From: a virus
Lineage: Duplodnaviria; Caudoviricetes
DNA length: 64,000 nt
IMG/VR virus record: IMGVR_UViG_3300031416_000352
Location: 6,245 to 70,244 of that record
Reading direction: 5' to 3' (one strand)
Shown piece by piece: positions 53,859-61,504 of this stretch. Within the stretch, counting starts at the first letter, position 1. The number at the start of each line of letters is the position of its first letter. The notes below the pieces were generated by a model. It was given only the letters and a program-made list of their open reading frames with translations. It was not told where the DNA came from and did not search any database. The translations under genes and the position numbers were made by a program.

Positions 53859-54983
53859 ATGACTTTCCTGAAAAAACATTGGCAACTCGCTGTCCCTGTG
53901 GCAATGATCGCCTTTCTGATCTTCTTCGGCTGGCGCGTGATTAGCCAGCATGCCCGAGTCATTGATCTGGGGCTGTTCATTCTGCTGGGCGTGGGGATCC
54001 TTTTGATTCCAGTGACCGACCTGGCTGGGCAGATCCTGAGCAAGCTCAAGGAGCAGGCCACGGCCGTGACGAACGAGACGACCATGGCTGTCGCTTCGGT
54101 GTCGTCGCCGAGCCCGCGAACACACCGGCAAGAGCTTGAGCTGGCAATGGTCGGGCGCATGGGCGATTTGCCGCTTTATGACCCAGCCCTGGAGGGCAAG
54201 CACGTCAAGACGATGCTGGATTCCTTGCTGGCGAAGGACGGCCCACCCATGCCATCGCCAGACGAACAGGTGGCTGAACGCGCATTGCGCCAGGTGCTAT
54301 CTGTCGTTCAGAGCTACCTGCCTCCTGATGGCATCAGCATTGACGACGCTATGAGCAAAATCATCGCTCTTGTTGACCCTTTTCCCATTGGCAGCAACGC
54401 AGCAGAGTTGCAGGCTGCGCCGGTTGACGGGATTGTGAAAAGCCGCGCCGATCTGCACAAGTGCCTGATCCACGGCGTAGCGGCGTGCCCTTGCCACAAG
54501 GAAAGCAACTATCTGCTGCGCAGCGCGGGCTACCCGGCAGACCTGCTGGGTACGTCGCCCCAGCCCGGCGCCAGCACCATTGCGCTGCAGGTGGTCGATC
54601 CTGGCCCCGACGCCCTGGAGCGCGAGATTCAAGCCAAGGGCCTGACCGCGCCGCGCGTGACCAAGGAAGACATCGAGGCTGAGATTACGCACGAGCACTA
54701 TTTCACTGCGGAGCAGGGCGCGCGCCATCCTGATGCGCACAACCCGCGTGACCATGGCGACGTGCAGCCTTGCCTGGCGCACCTCACGTTTTGCGTGCTG
54801 GTGCTCAAAAACGGCTTCCGCGTCACGGGCGAGTCGGCCTGCGTGAGCTCCGAGAACTTTGATGCCCAGATCGGCCGCGACTATGCTCGCGCCAACGCCA
54901 TCGAGAAGATGTGGCTCCTGCTGGGCTTCCGTTTAGCAGACAAGGTGCATTCTGACTTGGACACACCTGCTGAGCGCGGATAA
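53859..54983 (+). CDS. Membrane-anchored fusion protein with C-terminal N4 gp49/Sf6 gp66 (Acb4-like) domain
   Basis: Two N-terminal TM helices; C-terminal AKGLTAPRVT...LTFCVLVLKNGFRVTGESACVSSENFDAQIGR..AR.NAIEKMW.LLGF.L. Confidence 0.8.
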   Translation: MTFLKKHWQLAVPVAMIAFLIFFGWRVISQHARVIDLGLFILLGVGILLIPVTDLAGQILSKLKEQATAVTNETTMAVASVSSPSPRTHRQELELAMVGRMGDLPLYDPALEGKHVKTMLDSLLAKDGPPMPSPDEQVAERALRQVLSVVQSYLPPDGISIDDAMSKIIALVDPFPIGSNAAELQAAPVDGIVKSRADLHKCLIHGVAACPCHKESNYLLRSAGYPADLLGTSPQPGASTIALQVVDPGPDALEREIQAKGLTAPRVTKEDIEAEITHEHYFTAEQGARHPDAHNPRDHGDVQPCLAHLTFCVLVLKNGFRVTGESACVSSENFDAQIGRDYARANAIEKMWLLLGFRLADKVHSDLDTPAERG

Positions 54984-55007
54984 AACCATCAGCAGCCCAA
55001 CAGCTAA

Positions 55008-55038
55008 TCCACCCGTAAATTCCGGGTGGATTTTTTCA
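55008..55038 (+). terminator. Intrinsic terminator ending the lysis/post-lysis transcript
   Basis: atccacccg/cgggtggat stem plus T run. Confidence 0.75.
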
Positions 55039-55195
55039 TTGGCGTTCAGCAGTTGTCATTCATGAAGAGTGAGCTTGCGGCTAACGAAGCTGCGTTATGA
55101 TTGTTTCAAATTGAAGCAATTCGATTTTAAACACTCGTGCGCTTAGCGCGTGCTCCAGATGGCGCTATTTATTGATTTCAAGAAGGGGTAAAACA

Positions 55196-55444
55196 ATGGA
55201 AGTTTGGATCAAATCTCTGGAAGTGGAGATGCAAGTAAAAAAAAATGGTATCGAGTTGGAGGTTAGAAGCGCGGATGGCAAAGACCAGCTTGGCGACTGC
55301 TACGCTACCATGACCGGTCTAGTCTGGTGTCAAGGGCGCACCAAAAAAGAAAATGGGGTGAAAATTACTTGGCAGCAATTCATTGCTATCTGCAATTCCG
55401 AGGAGTCTTTGAAAGCGGCTGTCAAAGCGGCAAAAGCCGTTTAA
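55196..55444 (+). CDS. Low-GC hypothetical protein (82 aa)
   Basis: AAGGGG RBS, AT-rich upstream promoter-like region. Confidence 0.7.
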   Translation: MEVWIKSLEVEMQVKKNGIELEVRSADGKDQLGDCYATMTGLVWCQGRTKKENGVKITWQQFIAICNSEESLKAAVKAAKAV

Positions 55445-55460
55445 ACCGATTCCAATCTGA

Positions 55461-55589
55461 GCACTTCGCAACTGGAATGTCTTCGGTGCGGGCGGTGTAG
55501 CGGATCGTCCTGCGTTCCTGCTTCATCCCCCACCGCTCATTACCACCATCCAATCCAGCTGCTGCTAAATGCATTGTTTCGCGACCGAA
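55461..55589 (-). pseudogene. Relic 3' end of a second umuC gene (DUF4113-like tail)
   Basis: Manual translation FGRETMHLAAAGLDGGNERWGMKQERRTIRYTARTEDIPVAKC aligns with the intact UmuC end [12 protein letters not shown]...[24 protein letters not shown]. Confidence 0.8.
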
Positions 55590-55622
55590 GTTCGAGATGA
55601 GGAACGAAAGGATGGGGCTAGG

Positions 55623-55898
55623 ATGACTGAAGAAGAACGACTCGCATATCTGCTTCGCATTGAACAGGAGGGGCAGAATTCCTTCCGTTCAGGTCTGCCC
55701 ATGGAGAAGCGCTACCCCTATGACTCGCCTGAGTTCAACGCCTTTGAAGCTGGCTGGCGCAAGGGTTTTCGAATCGCAGACGCTGGACAGCAATCGTTGA
55801 TACCAAACTGGGCGACGGACTCCTACGAGCCGTACAAGCCGCCAGTGAAATTTAATTCCTATGCCGAGGCCAAAGGAAAGCCGCAGCCGGACGATTGA
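55623..55898 (+). CDS. Rmf/CrpP-fold-like small protein
   Basis: EGQNSFRSG.....YPYDSPEFNAFEAGWRKG resembles the G..A...G.....PY.....W..GW signature. Confidence 0.55.
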   Translation: MTEEERLAYLLRIEQEGQNSFRSGLPMEKRYPYDSPEFNAFEAGWRKGFRIADAGQQSLIPNWATDSYEPYKPPVKFNSYAEAKGKPQPDD

Positions 55899-55970
55899 TG
55901 CCCAAGCCACGCGAGCTCGCGCACGCAAGTTCGCCAATCTCGACAAATTCCAATGACCACATCACAGCGT

Positions 55971-56138
55971 TCAGAAAGGGACGTCAGGCTCCAAGCTCCG
56001 GTAGAGGCGTCGGAGTTCAGCGGGAGTCATGGGGGGCGGTGGCGTGACCTGCCGCAGCTTTATGTGCGCCTCATGTTGATCCTGAGGCGGTAGCTTATCA
56101 GGCGGGCATGTCCAAAAATCAAACTGCTGGCTCTGCAT
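55971..56138 (-). CDS. Small hypothetical protein downstream of umuC
   Basis: AAGG RBS; ATG next to the umuC stop; 55 aa. Confidence 0.55.
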   Translation of the reverse strand: MQSQQFDFWTCPPDKLPPQDQHEAHIKLRQVTPPPPMTPAELRRLYRSLEPDVPF

Positions 56139-56139
56139 A

Positions 56140-57441
56140 TCAGCACCTTGCAATGGGGATTTCGTCGATGTTGGTGGTGTAGCGGGGCGTGCGCCGCTCC
56201 TGGCGCATGCGCCATCCAGCTTCGTCTTGCGAGGCAAAGCCTGTGCTGGCAACGTGCACCGTGCCTTTGCCGAAGCGGCCGTTCACCCGATCCATGGCCT
56301 CCATGAGGCGGCTTTGATCCCGGCCAACGTCTGCGGCGGCGAGCAGGTCGTGCTGCTCATGGCGGCTTTCGGCAAGGTCCATCAGCATCACGCCGGCCTT
56401 GGCCAGGCGAAACCCAGGCTGGTAGATAGAGTGCATGCCGCCCAGCGCGGCGCGCACCAGGGCTTTTGTGTCGGAGGTGGGGGGAACGAGTTGGGTGGTT
56501 GTCTGCCCGTAGAACCTGGGCCCTGGCCGGAAGGGTGAGGTATGGGCGAAGACCTGCAGGGCGCCGGCGCGCAGATCCTGCTTGCGCAGCTTCTCGGCCG
56601 CCCGCGTGGCGAACTCGCTGACGGCTTCGAGCAGGGGCTCGAGCTCGTTGATGCCGTGGCCAAAGCTGCGCGTGCACGCAATCTGCTTCTTGGGCGGCGG
56701 TGCCAGTTCCATCGGAATGCAGCTGATGCCCTGCAGCTCGCGGACGGTGCGCTCGAGCACGACACCCCAGTTGCTGCGCACCATGGGGCCCGGCATGCGG
56801 GAGACATCGAGGGCGGTAACAATCCCGCGCTCTGCCAGTTGCAAAGCGATCCGCCGGCCGATACCCCAGACATCGCCGGCCATGGTCCGGCGCAGCACAT
56901 CCTCGCGCATGGCCGCGGGCATCTCCTGCCAATTGCAGACCCGGGCCAGCTCGGCCGGGTAGCTGCCGGGCTTGCGCTCTGAGTCTTTGGCCACATGGTT
57001 GCAGAGCTTGGCCAGGGTCTTGGTGGGGGCCAGGCCTATGCAGCAGGGTATACCGACCCATTGCAGGATGCGCGCGCGCACGGCCCATGCACGGCGGTTC
57101 AGATCGCGCACGCCGGCCAGGTCGCCAATGAAGGATTCGTCAATGGAGTAGATTTCCTGCCGGGGCCCCAGGCCGGCGGCCAGCGTCATCATGCGGTCGC
57201 TCATGTCGCCGTACAGCTCGAAGTTGGCCGACAGGCACACTAAACCCTTGAGCTCGACCAGGTGCTGTAGCTGGAAGAAGGGCTGGCCCATCTTGACGCC
57301 CAAGGCTTTGGCCTCATCCGATCGGGCGATGGCACAGCCGTCGTTGTTGCTGAGCACCACCACCGGCAGGCCCTGCAGGCTCGGCCGGAATACCCGCTCA
57401 CAGCTCACATAAAAGTTGTTGCCGTCGATGAGTGCATACAT
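56140..57441 (-). CDS. umuC: Y-family DNA polymerase V subunit UmuC
   Basis: [27 protein letters not shown] and DUF4113 C-terminus. Confidence 0.96.
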   Translation of the reverse strand: MYALIDGNNFYVSCERVFRPSLQGLPVVVLSNNDGCAIARSDEAKALGVKMGQPFFQLQHLVELKGLVCLSANFELYGDMSDRMMTLAAGLGPRQEIYSIDESFIGDLAGVRDLNRRAWAVRARILQWVGIPCCIGLAPTKTLAKLCNHVAKDSERKPGSYPAELARVCNWQEMPAAMREDVLRRTMAGDVWGIGRRIALQLAERGIVTALDVSRMPGPMVRSNWGVVLERTVRELQGISCIPMELAPPPKKQIACTRSFGHGINELEPLLEAVSEFATRAAEKLRKQDLRAGALQVFAHTSPFRPGPRFYGQTTTQLVPPTSDTKALVRAALGGMHSIYQPGFRLAKAGVMLMDLAESRHEQHDLLAAADVGRDQSRLMEAMDRVNGRFGKGTVHVASTGFASQDEAGWRMRQERRTPRYTTNIDEIPIARC

Positions 57442-57448
57442 GGCTGCC

Positions 57449-57886
57449 TCACGCGAAGATCTTGATGCAGCTGGTGACCACGCCCCAGATCTCCAGGCTC
57501 TGGCCTTCCTTGGGCGTGATGTCGGGGTAGGTGGGGTTGCCGGCCTTGAGCTTGACCATGCCTGCAGCCTTGAACAGCTTCTTGACCGTGAACTCCCCCT
57601 CGATGACGGCCACGACTATGCACCCGTGGCGGGCCTGCAGCGCCCGGTCGACCGCGACCAGGTCGCCATCATCAATGCCGAACTCGCGCATGGACGGCCC
57701 TGCCACGCGCAGCAGGTAGGTAGCCTGCGGGTGCTTAACGAGCAGGGCGCCTATGTCCAGCCGGGTGACGGCAAAGTCCTCAGCTGGCGAGGGGAAGCCC
57801 GCGCGCACAGACCCTTCGGCCCGCAGAATCGAGAGCGGGGCAGCTGACACCAGGATTGGTGTGTTGGGGTGTAGAATACTGTGCAT
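57449..57886 (-). CDS. umuD: DNA polymerase V subunit UmuD (S24)
   Basis: AGFPSPAED cleavage site, GPSM serine and FTVKKL lysine. Confidence 0.95.
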   Translation of the reverse strand: MHSILHPNTPILVSAAPLSILRAEGSVRAGFPSPAEDFAVTRLDIGALLVKHPQATYLLRVAGPSMREFGIDDGDLVAVDRALQARHGCIVVAVIEGEFTVKKLFKAAGMVKLKAGNPTYPDITPKEGQSLEIWGVVTSCIKIFA

Positions 57887-57894
57887 ACATACAG
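57879..57894. promoter_or_regulatory. LexA (SOS) box overlapping the umuD start
   Basis: taCTGtgcatacataCAGta, near consensus. Confidence 0.9.
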
Positions 57895-57960
57895 TATACC
57901 CAGGCGCCGCGTGTAAGGCCAGAATAGGCTAATTTCGCCTAACTTAGCGTCTTCATTTTT

Positions 57961-58011
57961 GGTCTACGGGATGGCCTACAGGTGGTTATTGATGTATGTA
58001 AGTGATTGATT
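57961..58011. promoter_or_regulatory. att arm: tandem arm-type-like repeats and IHF site
   Basis: GGTCTACGGG (57961) / GGCCTACAGG (57973) direct repeats; 57999-58011 reverse complement AATCAATCACTTA fits WATCAANNNNTTR. Confidence 0.6.
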
Positions 58012-58017
58012 TATAAG

Positions 58018-58407
58018 CTATCTAGGCAGACTCCGTTTCCGCCAAGAATCAAACCCCTGAGTGTTCGCATTCAGGGGTTTTTCTTCGTTCTGGATTCCTA
58101 CCATTGCTCGCAAGTCGGCGTCGGGCATTGCCAGGTAGGTCCTAAAGCCATCAGCGGCTCTCTTTTCGTCATTCTTCTCGGATTGCTCTAGCTCATCCGC
58201 CATGGCTTCCATGTATGCGCGTGTTGGGTCCTGGCCTGCGATCACACGAAGCGTCCCTCGCATCCTCCAGTTTGCTGCTCTTGTCCCTGCCTTCATCTGC
58301 GAGATGTGGCTCTTGGGGATTTCAAGTATTTCCGCAAGCCTGGTCTGACTTCCCACGACTCCTGCAGCTTTCTCGATTAGGAAATTTAATCGCTCATCTG
58401 TTGCCAT
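58018..58407 (-). CDS. Inovirus repressor (XRE-like HTH) whose 3' end crosses the att core
   Basis: LIEKAAGVVGSQTRLAEILEIPKSHISQMKAG HTH; AAGGAG RBS before ATG 58407. Confidence 0.85.
   Translation of the reverse strand: MATDERLNFLIEKAAGVVGSQTRLAEILEIPKSHISQMKAGTRAANWRMRGTLRVIAGQDPTRAYMEAMADELEQSEKNDEKRAADGFRTYLAMPDADLRAMVGIQNEEKPLNANTQGFDSWRKRSLPR
58031..58044 (+). other. att core: 3' end of a tRNA-Ser-type gene (CTCCGTTTCCGCCA)
   Basis: Parses as end of T-stem CTC + acceptor strand CGTTTCC + G73 discriminator + CCA; followed by a terminator and preceded by IHF/arm sites; the rest of the tRNA is absent here. Confidence 0.7.
58051..58084 (+). terminator. Terminator downstream of the tRNA 3' fragment, inside the inovirus repressor ORF
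   Basis: aaacccctga/tcaggggttt stem plus T run. Confidence 0.75.
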
Positions 58408-58436
58408 TTTTGGTAACTCCTTGTACATTTCAGTTG

Positions 58437-58463
58437 CCTAATTTGGTAACTTACCAATTTAGG
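58437..58463. promoter_or_regulatory. Inovirus operator palindrome between divergent promoters
   Basis: cctaatttggtaa-c-ttaccaatttagg near-perfect inverted repeat; TTGGTAAC also repeated at about 58410. Confidence 0.7.
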
Positions 58464-58595
58464 TAATTTTCTCACACCTAGCCCGGCCAGCGTGCAGTGA
58501 TCAACAGCCCGGCCTACAGCCAGAAGCAGGGCAGGGGTGAGGCTTGTAACTGGGGTCTTTCATTTCACGCTCACCCCAAGCGTTTGGAGAAGTAA

Positions 58596-58916
58596 ATGTC
58601 CGAAGAAATCAAGCTGCCGTCGTTCATCCAAATCTTTGGCCTGCAGCCAGTGCAAAACGGCACTAGCAAGACTGGCCGCGCCTACAGCATCCAGAAGGCA
58701 AGTTGCCAGCTCCTGGATGAAGAAGGCGTTCAAATGCAAGTGGCCATCTTGCGCTTGCCCGCTGCCGATGTGGGCAACATCAAGCCCGGCATCTACCGCC
58801 CTGCTTTTGGCCTGCGCATCGACTACCAAAACAATGAGGTAGCTCCGGTGCTGCTCAGCCTGACGCCGATGCCTACTCGCCAGTCCCCCGCTGCGGCTGC
58901 CGCTGCTAAGTCCTGA
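58596..58916 (+). CDS. Inovirus ssDNA-binding protein (pV-like)
   Basis: GTSKTGRAYSIQKASCQL...KPGIYRPAFGL OB-fold signature; GGAG RBS. Confidence 0.8.
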   Translation: MSEEIKLPSFIQIFGLQPVQNGTSKTGRAYSIQKASCQLLDEEGVQMQVAILRLPAADVGNIKPGIYRPAFGLRIDYQNNEVAPVLLSLTPMPTRQSPAAAAAAKS

Positions 58917-58924
58917 GCTGGGCC

Positions 58925-59245
58925 ATGAAACATGTCCTCGTCTGGCCTTCTGAAATCGGTCCGTGCCGCCTTGAAGTCTCCGAGCGGTTCTTTGCTGCTC
59001 GTGCTCGCGTGGACCTTCATTGTGAGCATGGCGATAAGGTTCTACGTTACCCCCCTCCAGCCTGGACCCGAGTGGTGGAGCGGCGTGCGGAAAGAAGCTT
59101 GCTGGTTGATTGGTTCGTGGGTTTTTCTGTCCTTTTCACTATGGCTTTTGCGCTGGCTGTGGCCTGCTGGGGAATCGCGCAGTGGTACGGAACTGTGCTC
59201 GATGTGCAGGTGCCCGCGTTGTCGCAAACAAAGCTCCTCGTCTGA
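58925..59245 (+). CDS. Hypothetical inovirus membrane protein
   Basis: 106 aa with C-terminal TM segment; operon context. Confidence 0.55.
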   Translation: MKHVLVWPSEIGPCRLEVSERFFAARARVDLHCEHGDKVLRYPPPAWTRVVERRAERSLLVDWFVGFSVLFTMAFALAVACWGIAQWYGTVLDVQVPALSQTKLLV

Positions 59246-59247
59246 CC

Positions 59248-59451
59248 ATGGCTCAGCAAGTAATCGTCTGTGACCAAGCCTGCACGATCACTGTGCAGCA
59301 CGAAATTACGACTCCACTGCTGGACTTAGACCCGGCAGCTGGGGCAGCAATCGCGGGTGCCGTCCTCGCGGTGTGGGCAGTCGGGTTTGCCTTTCGGGCA
59401 TTCATCCAGACGCTCAAAACTAATGACGGATCAACTAATGAAAGTGAGTGA
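59248..59451 (+). CDS. Minor coat protein (pVII-like)
   Basis: VCDQACTITVQHEI...GAAIAGAVLAVWAVGFAFRA single TM helix, before the major coat gene. Confidence 0.7.
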   Translation: MAQQVIVCDQACTITVQHEITTPLLDLDPAAGAAIAGAVLAVWAVGFAFRAFIQTLKTNDGSTNESE

Positions 59452-59454
59452 GAT

Positions 59455-59688
59455 ATGAACAAGTTCGCAATCGCCCGTCTGGGTCAAAAAGCAAAGCTGG
59501 CCGCTCTGGCCGCAACCGCTGGTGCACTGACCGTCGCCCAGCCTGCCATGGCAGAAGCTATCGACGTCGCTGCCGTCGTGTCTGACGTCAAGGGCCAGAT
59601 CGCTGCTGTGGTGTTGCTGGGCGGCGCTGTGCTGCTGGTGTACGCCGCTGTCAAGGCGTTCAAGTGGGTTCGCGGCGCAATGTCCTAA
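59455..59688 (+). CDS. Major coat protein (pVIII-like)
   Basis: Signal peptide ending PAMA; amphipathic segment, TM helix and basic C-terminus VKAFKWVRGAM. Confidence 0.9.
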   Translation: MNKFAIARLGQKAKLAALAATAGALTVAQPAMAEAIDVAAVVSDVKGQIAAVVLLGGAVLLVYAAVKAFKWVRGAMS

Positions 59689-59771
59689 GCCTGGCCTGCA
59701 CAGTCCCCAGACCGGCCGGCTGGGGCCTTTGCAAAAGCGCATGCAAGGTGCGTTTCTTCAAAGGGGTTCAT

Positions 59772-59831
59772 ATGGGCTTGTTCGTCATCGTTGCGGTACT
59801 GGGGGCAGCATGGCTCATCTTTACCGCCTAA
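59772..59831 (+). CDS. 19-aa hydrophobic peptide (MGLFVIVAVLGAAWLIFTA), pIX-like
   Basis: Manual translation; AAGGGG RBS; overlaps the pIII start. Confidence 0.6.
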   Translation: MGLFVIVAVLGAAWLIFTA

Positions 59832-61201
59832 TCGTGGTCTTCTTCTGCCTGCTTCCTTCTGCGTTTGCAACTACCGTCGCAATGGATAGTTGGTCGACGG
59901 GTTGGGAAGATTCGGGCAAGTCTATAAGTGTGGGTAAGGCTTGGCTTTCTACCTATAGGCCGCAAGTCATCGGCGTCAATTCTTGGGTCTCTGATACCGC
60001 TACTGTTGGTGGTCGTGCGGTAGAAAAAGCTACCTTTGACCTTTGCCCAAAGCAATACCCAAATTTCAACGTGTTGAAGCGTATCTGTTACGACACTCTT
60101 TCCTGTCCTGAGGGCTTCAAGGACGTCAATGGTGAGTGCAAGCCAAAGGGCTGCGCTGAGGGTACTCATGAGGAAGGCGGCATGTGTGTTCCTGATAAAT
60201 GTCCTGAGGGGCAAATATTAGACGCAGGCATATGCATACCTGACCCTGATCTTTGTCCTGATGGAAAGAAAAAGGTCAATGGCAAATGCGAAGAAAAAAA
60301 GTGCAAACGTGACTCACCTTATACCGTTGGCTATGCGGTTAATACACCCACGGCGATGTGCGAAGCTGGCTGCGAATACACGACGGGCAAGCCTATTGCA
60401 CGCTCCTGCAGCGATGGGCAAAACGGTACGCCTGCTGGCTGCTTTGTGACCTTCTACGCGACTGGCAACACATGCCAAGGCCCTGGCCCTACAAAGCCTG
60501 GGGAAGGTCCTGGCGGTGGCAAGCCAGGTGAAGGTAGCAATCCTGGCGGCGGTGGTACTGGTGGTGGTACGGGCGGCGGTACTGGCGGTGGTACTGGCGG
60601 TGGCACAGGTGGTAGCACAGGTGGTGGTACTGGCGGCGGTACCGGTGGTGGCACGGGCGGCGGTACTGGCGGTACTGGTGGTACTGGTGGTACTGGTGGT
60701 ACTGGTGGTACTGGTGGTACTGGTGGCACCGGTGGAAGTGATTCCGGCAGCAGCGGCGACAAGGAAAACGAAGGCGACTTCTGCAAGCAAAACCCCAAGC
60801 TCGATATCTGCTCCAAGGGCGCATTTGGCGGTACTTGCTCGGCGGGCTTCAAGTGTGAAGGTGATGCCCTGCAATGCGCGGTTGCGCGTGAGCAGCACAT
60901 TCGCAACTGCCAGTTGTTTGAGACGCCCAGCGATGAGTCGAACCTCTACGGCAATGAAAAAGGCAAGACGGGCAACCAGACCGAAGGCCTGCCCGGTAAC
61001 GAGCTGCTGAACATGTCGGGCCGTATCGACACCACTGATTCGCTCGGTGGCGGTAGCTGCATTCAAGACTTGGCGCTTACCGTTGCTAATTCGTCCGTAA
61101 CGATTCCTATGTCAAGGGTGTGCCCGTACCTGGGCATGCTCGGCAATATCTTGGTAGCCATAGCGATGCTGCTGGCTATGCGCATCTTGTTCAAGGGGTA
61201 A
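59810..61201 (+). CDS. Attachment protein pIII-like
   Basis: Signal peptide, Cys-rich repeats, Gly/Thr linker, virulence-factor-TspB-like C-terminus and C-terminal TM anchor. Confidence 0.88.
   Translation: MAHLYRLIVVFFCLLPSAFATTVAMDSWSTGWEDSGKSISVGKAWLSTYRPQVIGVNSWVSDTATVGGRAVEKATFDLCPKQYPNFNVLKRICYDTLSCPEGFKDVNGECKPKGCAEGTHEEGGMCVPDKCPEGQILDAGICIPDPDLCPDGKKKVNGKCEEKKCKRDSPYTVGYAVNTPTAMCEAGCEYTTGKPIARSCSDGQNGTPAGCFVTFYATGNTCQGPGPTKPGEGPGGGKPGEGSNPGGGGTGGGTGGGTGGGTGGGTGGSTGGGTGGGTGGGTGGGTGGTGGTGGTGGTGGTGGTGGTGGSDSGSSGDKENEGDFCKQNPKLDICSKGAFGGTCSAGFKCEGDALQCAVAREQHIRNCQLFETPSDESNLYGNEKGKTGNQTEGLPGNELLNMSGRIDTTDSLGGGSCIQDLALTVANSSVTIPMSRVCPYLGMLGNILVAIAMLLAMRILFKG
60547..60735 (+). repeat. GGTG/GGT-encoding tandem repeats (Gly-Thr linker of pIII)
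   Basis: Repeated ggcggcggtact-type 12-mers, then a run of ggtggtact 9-mers. Confidence 0.9.
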
Positions 61202-61204
61202 GCC

Positions 61205-61504
61205 ATGCCTTTAATCATTGCCGCGATCGGCGGCATGCTGATCAATCTGGTGGGCACAATGGTGGGCCGCGTGCTGATTGCGCTCGGTATTAGCGTCATC
61301 ACCTATTCGGGTCTGTCCGTCACGCTCGATTGGATGAAAACGCAAGCTGTGTCTGCGCTGGGCGGCCTGCCCTCCGAAGTCATCGGCATGCTGTCGACCA
61401 TGAAAGTCGGTGTGGCTATCAGCATCGTGACGTCTGCCCTACTAGCTCGCCAAGTGCTTAACGGTTTGACCGGCGACACCATGAAAAAGTGGGTCGGTAA
61501 ATGA
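61205..61504 (+). CDS. Minor coat pVI-like (DUF2523)
   Basis: Hydrophobic 99 aa, VGRVLIALGISVITYSG motif, between pIII and Zot. Confidence 0.85.
   Translation: MPLIIAAIGGMLINLVGTMVGRVLIALGISVITYSGLSVTLDWMKTQAVSALGGLPSEVIGMLSTMKVGVAISIVTSALLARQVLNGLTGDTMKKWVGK

Larger units (their letters stand above)
1..58044. mobile_element. Temperate tailed prophage (podovirus-like, F116-like architecture inferred); left end and integrase outside window
   Basis: Ordered early-left, immunity, replication, packaging, head, tail, ejection and lysis modules; right boundary at an att-like tRNA 3' fragment with IHF and arm-type sites; no tape measure or sheath gene recognised. Confidence 0.93.

Noticed and set aside
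58031-58044. Calling a complete tRNA gene at the att core
   Set aside because: Only 14 nt of the 3' end are present; upstream sequence cannot form a cloverleaf
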